Below, piece by piece: positions 61,020 through 64,000 of a stretch of DNA of 64,000 nt. This DNA comes from Sphaerodactylus townsendi (taxonomy: Eukaryota), in NCBI RefSeq assembly GCF_021028975.2, contig NC_059432.1, forward strand, positions 28,210,001-28,274,000, read 5' to 3'. Position 1 is the first letter of the stretch. Each line of letters starts with the position of its first letter. The position numbers and the translations under genes were made by a program. Under the pieces are notes generated by a model. The model was not told the origin of the DNA and did not search any database. It saw nothing but the letters and a program-made list of their open reading frames with translations.

Positions 61020-62230
61020 CAAAGCCCGGAAGTGACGCAATCTGTGAGATCTCCCAGCCCCAGGGACAAGATATATCACATGGAACTCTCGCCCCTCTTC
61101 TGTAGTCCCACCGCTAAGCACCGGAAGTGGAGGTTGTGGGCGCGTCTCTATAAACGGCTCCGCTTCCGCCGTCGGGCTCGCCTCAATTGAACAGTATTGA
61201 TTTGGCCGCTAGATGGCAGCATTCCCTTGCCCTGTTTTGAAGTGTCACAGCGAATACTATATGAGCCGGAAGTATTCTCCTGAATCATCGCCCCCCGTTT
61301 TGTAGTCTTTCTGCCACCACACGGTACTTGAAAGTGTTACCGCTAATGGGGTCCCGCATACCTCCTGTACCGGAAGCGCACCCAGAATTATTCCCCCGTT
61401 CTGTAGTCTTCCCTCCGCCACAAGATACCCAGGAATGTAACGCCTAATATGGTCCCCTGTGCCACATAGACCGGGAGTGTTTCACAGAATCAACCCCCCT
61501 TCTGTAGTCTTTCCCCCATCGCTCGGTACTGCAAACTGCCCCAGCCAAAGACCGGCAGCATGACACAAAATCGTCCCCTCCCGCCCCCGTTCCGTAGTTC
61601 CATTCGAAATTTAAAATCAATAAAATAACAGTCCAAACGTTTGGTAAAATAATAAAATACAAGTATTAAAATGGCCTGGGCTAAACGAGGTTCTAAATTA
61701 TACTTTCCCGACCACCACAAACCCTCACAGGAAAGAAATATGGGACTGGAGGGGCTCTGAAATGAGACAGCAAAGCACCCGGGTGCATGGCCAGGAGTTC
61801 CTGCTGCAGCAAAGGCCACAACAAAGACCCCTTTCCCGCCCCCCCCCTCCCCCCCCTCCCCACCATACCACCCTGAGCCTGCCATGGTTAGAACGTCCAT
61901 TGCCATTAAGGGCCTTTGCCTTTCGTTATAACGATCGTTTTAACGGCCATTGCCTTTCGCACTGGCCCGTCACAGAGTCCAGCCCCCCAAGCAGCAGCCC
62001 TGTTCTGCGGGGGAGGGGGAAGGGGGCTACTGCCGCTCTGCCGTTTGGTAAGGGGCGGAGGGGGAAGGGCATCCCACGGAGGCGGGGCTTGGCCTCCACC
62101 TGAAGCCAATGACGGAAGCCCCTCCCGGTCGCCTCCTGACCAATGGCCGCGCCTTTCGCCCGACAGAGCGCGCCGATTGGACCGTCGCCCTTCCTCCTTC
62201 TCTTCCCGCTTGATTGGCTCTGTCGGGCGA
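61020..62230. promoter_or_regulatory. CpG-rich promoter-like region; target gene not identified in the window
   Basis: Multiple ETS CCGGAAG motifs, repeated TGTAGT (ACTACA on -), CTCF-like CCGCTAGATGGCAGC at 61206-61220, TATAAA near 61149, GC boxes and four CCAAT/ATTGG boxes at 62105-62217. Confidence 0.7.
61260..61600. repeat. Degenerate tandem array, ~101-bp period
   Basis: CCGG(A/G)AG at 61266, 61370 and 61471; CCCC.TT(C/T)TGTAGTCTT with TGTAGTC at 61301, 61402 and 61503; partial units near 61101 and 61593. Confidence 0.7.
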
Positions 62231-62953
62231 AAGCACCTGCTCTTAACCACTGCACCAGGCTGGCTCTCAGTGGAAAAGATGGCTCTTTGACTCTGAGGAG
62301 GCATGTTAGCATGTTTGTTGGCAGCCTTTATTTATGACACTGTATGGACCCATTTGTATATAAAGGCCAGATTCTCATAATGGATAGATGCATCTTAAAT
62401 GCTGGATATTGTTATTTTTGTCAATGAGCCTCCTGGGCTGCAGAAGAAATTGTACTTCAAGAATTCATGTGAAAGAACTTGATTGCAAGAAAAGTCATAC
62501 CTGTTAAATAAAATTCTCTGCATAGGGGAAAATAGGGTGACAGAGGTAAATCTGGAATGCTATTCTACCTCACATATTGTCTTTCCTGCTTGTGAGGAAG
62601 CTTCTCTTGAGAAGCAACATTTGGGTACCAGATCGGCTGTGTTTAGCCTCGTGCAATTCAAGAAACTTTCACCTTCCAGTTCTGCTGAAAATACAAACTC
62701 TGTCACCCTCTCTCGGGAGTTCGGCAGTATAAAACATTAGCCTACCTTACAGGGTTGTTGGAAAGTGTCGTGAGCTTATAGAAGTACTTAGACTATGGCT
62801 TATGCTTGTTGTTAGAATTACTTCCTTACTCTAACCTTTGAGGCTTAGAGTGCTTTAAAAACAAACCTTGTCTTTCTGGTGTTTGCAGCCATGATGCTTT
62901 GAATGCAGGAGGCGTTGAGGTGAAAATCCGCTGAACCCACTTTCTCGTTGCAG

Positions 62954-63958
62954 GTGTGGACAAGCCAACCATCGTCAACATCTTGACAAACCGTAACAAC
63001 GAACAACGGCAGGACATCGTGTTTGCTTTCCAGAGAAGGAACAAGAAGGAGTCTCAAAGCCGTTTCTGGCGATTTCAGTGCCCCGGTGTAGACATTCTTG
63101 TTGGGTCTTGCGGCTGGCAGCATTTGCAGGTTAAAGACCGGGAGGACCAGTTATCCTAGCTCAGCCTGCAAATTTATGCTTGAGCCTCAGACATCCAAAG
63201 GAACACACTCCCCACTGGACGATGCTGGCCTTCGAACACAGGAACCACTTTGCGGGGTCAGACCTAATGCCAGTCTTGTCCCGCAATAAGATGAGACCGC
63301 CCTATCATTTGCTTTTATAGATAATTGGCTGTGTACAAAATTGATTGTGGCACTAAAAATGCACAGATTCTCTTGTGCTAACTTTTAATATGTGAATTGG
63401 ATTGACTTCAGCAGTGGTGTCGTGGTTGAGAGCAGGTGCACTCTAATCTGGAGAACCAGGTTTGATTCCCCACTCTGCCATTTGAGATGCGGAGGCTTAT
63501 CTGGTGAACTAGATTAGCCTGTGCACTCCAACACATGCCAGCTGGGTGACCTTGGGCTAGTCCCAGTTCTTTGGAGCTCTCTTAGCCCCACCCACCTCAG
63601 AGGGTGTTTGTCTGGGGGGGGGGGAGGAAAGGAGAGAAAGTGGGGGTATAAATCCAAACCCTCCTTCTTCTTCTCTTTTTGGGTTGTGACTTGGGAAATA
63701 GCAAACTAATGTTTACAAATGGAATATGGTTGATTTTTACGTTTTTAAGGGGAGATGGTAACCTTCAAAATAGCTTATGTTGCTGGGTGGGGGGCACAAT
63801 TGGGTCTGAGCCTTAACGTGTTGATCTCCTTCCCATTTCTGAAGGATCTACCTGCAGCTCTGAAATCTGGTCTGTCTGGAAACCTGGAGACGGTTATGCT
63901 CGCCCTCTTGAAGACACCCGCACAGTACGATGCCAGCTAATTGAAAGCCACCATGAAG
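62954..63958 (+). pseudogene. ANXA2: Annexin A2-like unprocessed pseudogene fragment (two exons; probably continues beyond the window)
   Basis: Exon 62954..63048 (95 nt) [32 protein letters not shown] and exon 63845..63958 (114 nt) [37 protein letters not shown] match ANXA2 repeat 1-2 sequence and exon sizes. The donor after 63048 reads GA instead of GT; TAA at 63938-63940 replaces the conserved Glu. Confidence 0.85.
63410..63671 (+). mobile_element. tRNA-derived SINE in the annexin intron
   Basis: GCAGTGGTGTCGTGGTTGAGAGCAGG..CTCTAATCTGGAGAACCAGGTTTGATTCCCCACTC head and CTT-repeat tail. Confidence 0.75.
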
Positions 63959-64000
63959 GTAACGGAGGGCAGGAATTGGCGTGACGCCAGGTCCACTTAA

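Noticed and set aside
61260-61600. CRISPR-like repeat-spacer array
   Set aside because: Repeats are degenerate transcription-factor-motif modules in vertebrate DNA, the spacers are partly homologous, and there are no cas genes.
62880-62920. HDALN stretch as the missing upstream ANXA2 exon
   Set aside because: Only a 4-residue match, wrong exon length, and too close to the next acceptor to leave a viable intron.

Overview
Vertebrate genomic window. The repeat content (Sauria-type SINEs, tRNA- and 5S-derived SINEs, CR1, SPIN) points to a squamate reptile, probably a gecko; this is inference. Three intact housekeeping genes lie on the + strand in the order known from human 10q22: PPA1 (11 coding exons, 290 aa), SAR1A (6 coding exons, 198 aa) and TYSND1 (4 coding exons, 558 aa, ending in the PTS1 signal SKL). 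The first 4.5 kb is the 3' part of a degenerate, apparently internally deleted endogenous retrovirus (protease, pol scraps, env-like remnant, 3' LTR) nested in a MITE about 0.7 kb upstream of the PPA1 ATG. Where AIFM2 would follow by human synteny, there is instead a CpG-rich promoter-like region with a degenerate ~100-bp ETS/ACTACA array, then two exons of an intron-containing annexin A2-like pseudogene (lost splice donor, nonsense codon). Notable fine structure: a SINE that now supplies the branch point region of a PPA1 splice acceptor, a duplicated CRE module in the SAR1A promoter, palindromic hAT MITEs carrying ZNF143-type motifs next to two promoters, a duplication with a templated insert, and an 89-nt hairpin. 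No prokaryotic-type system or clearly novel protein family is supported. Exon coordinates were read by hand from splice sites; repeat boundaries are approximate unless TIRs or TSDs are cited.
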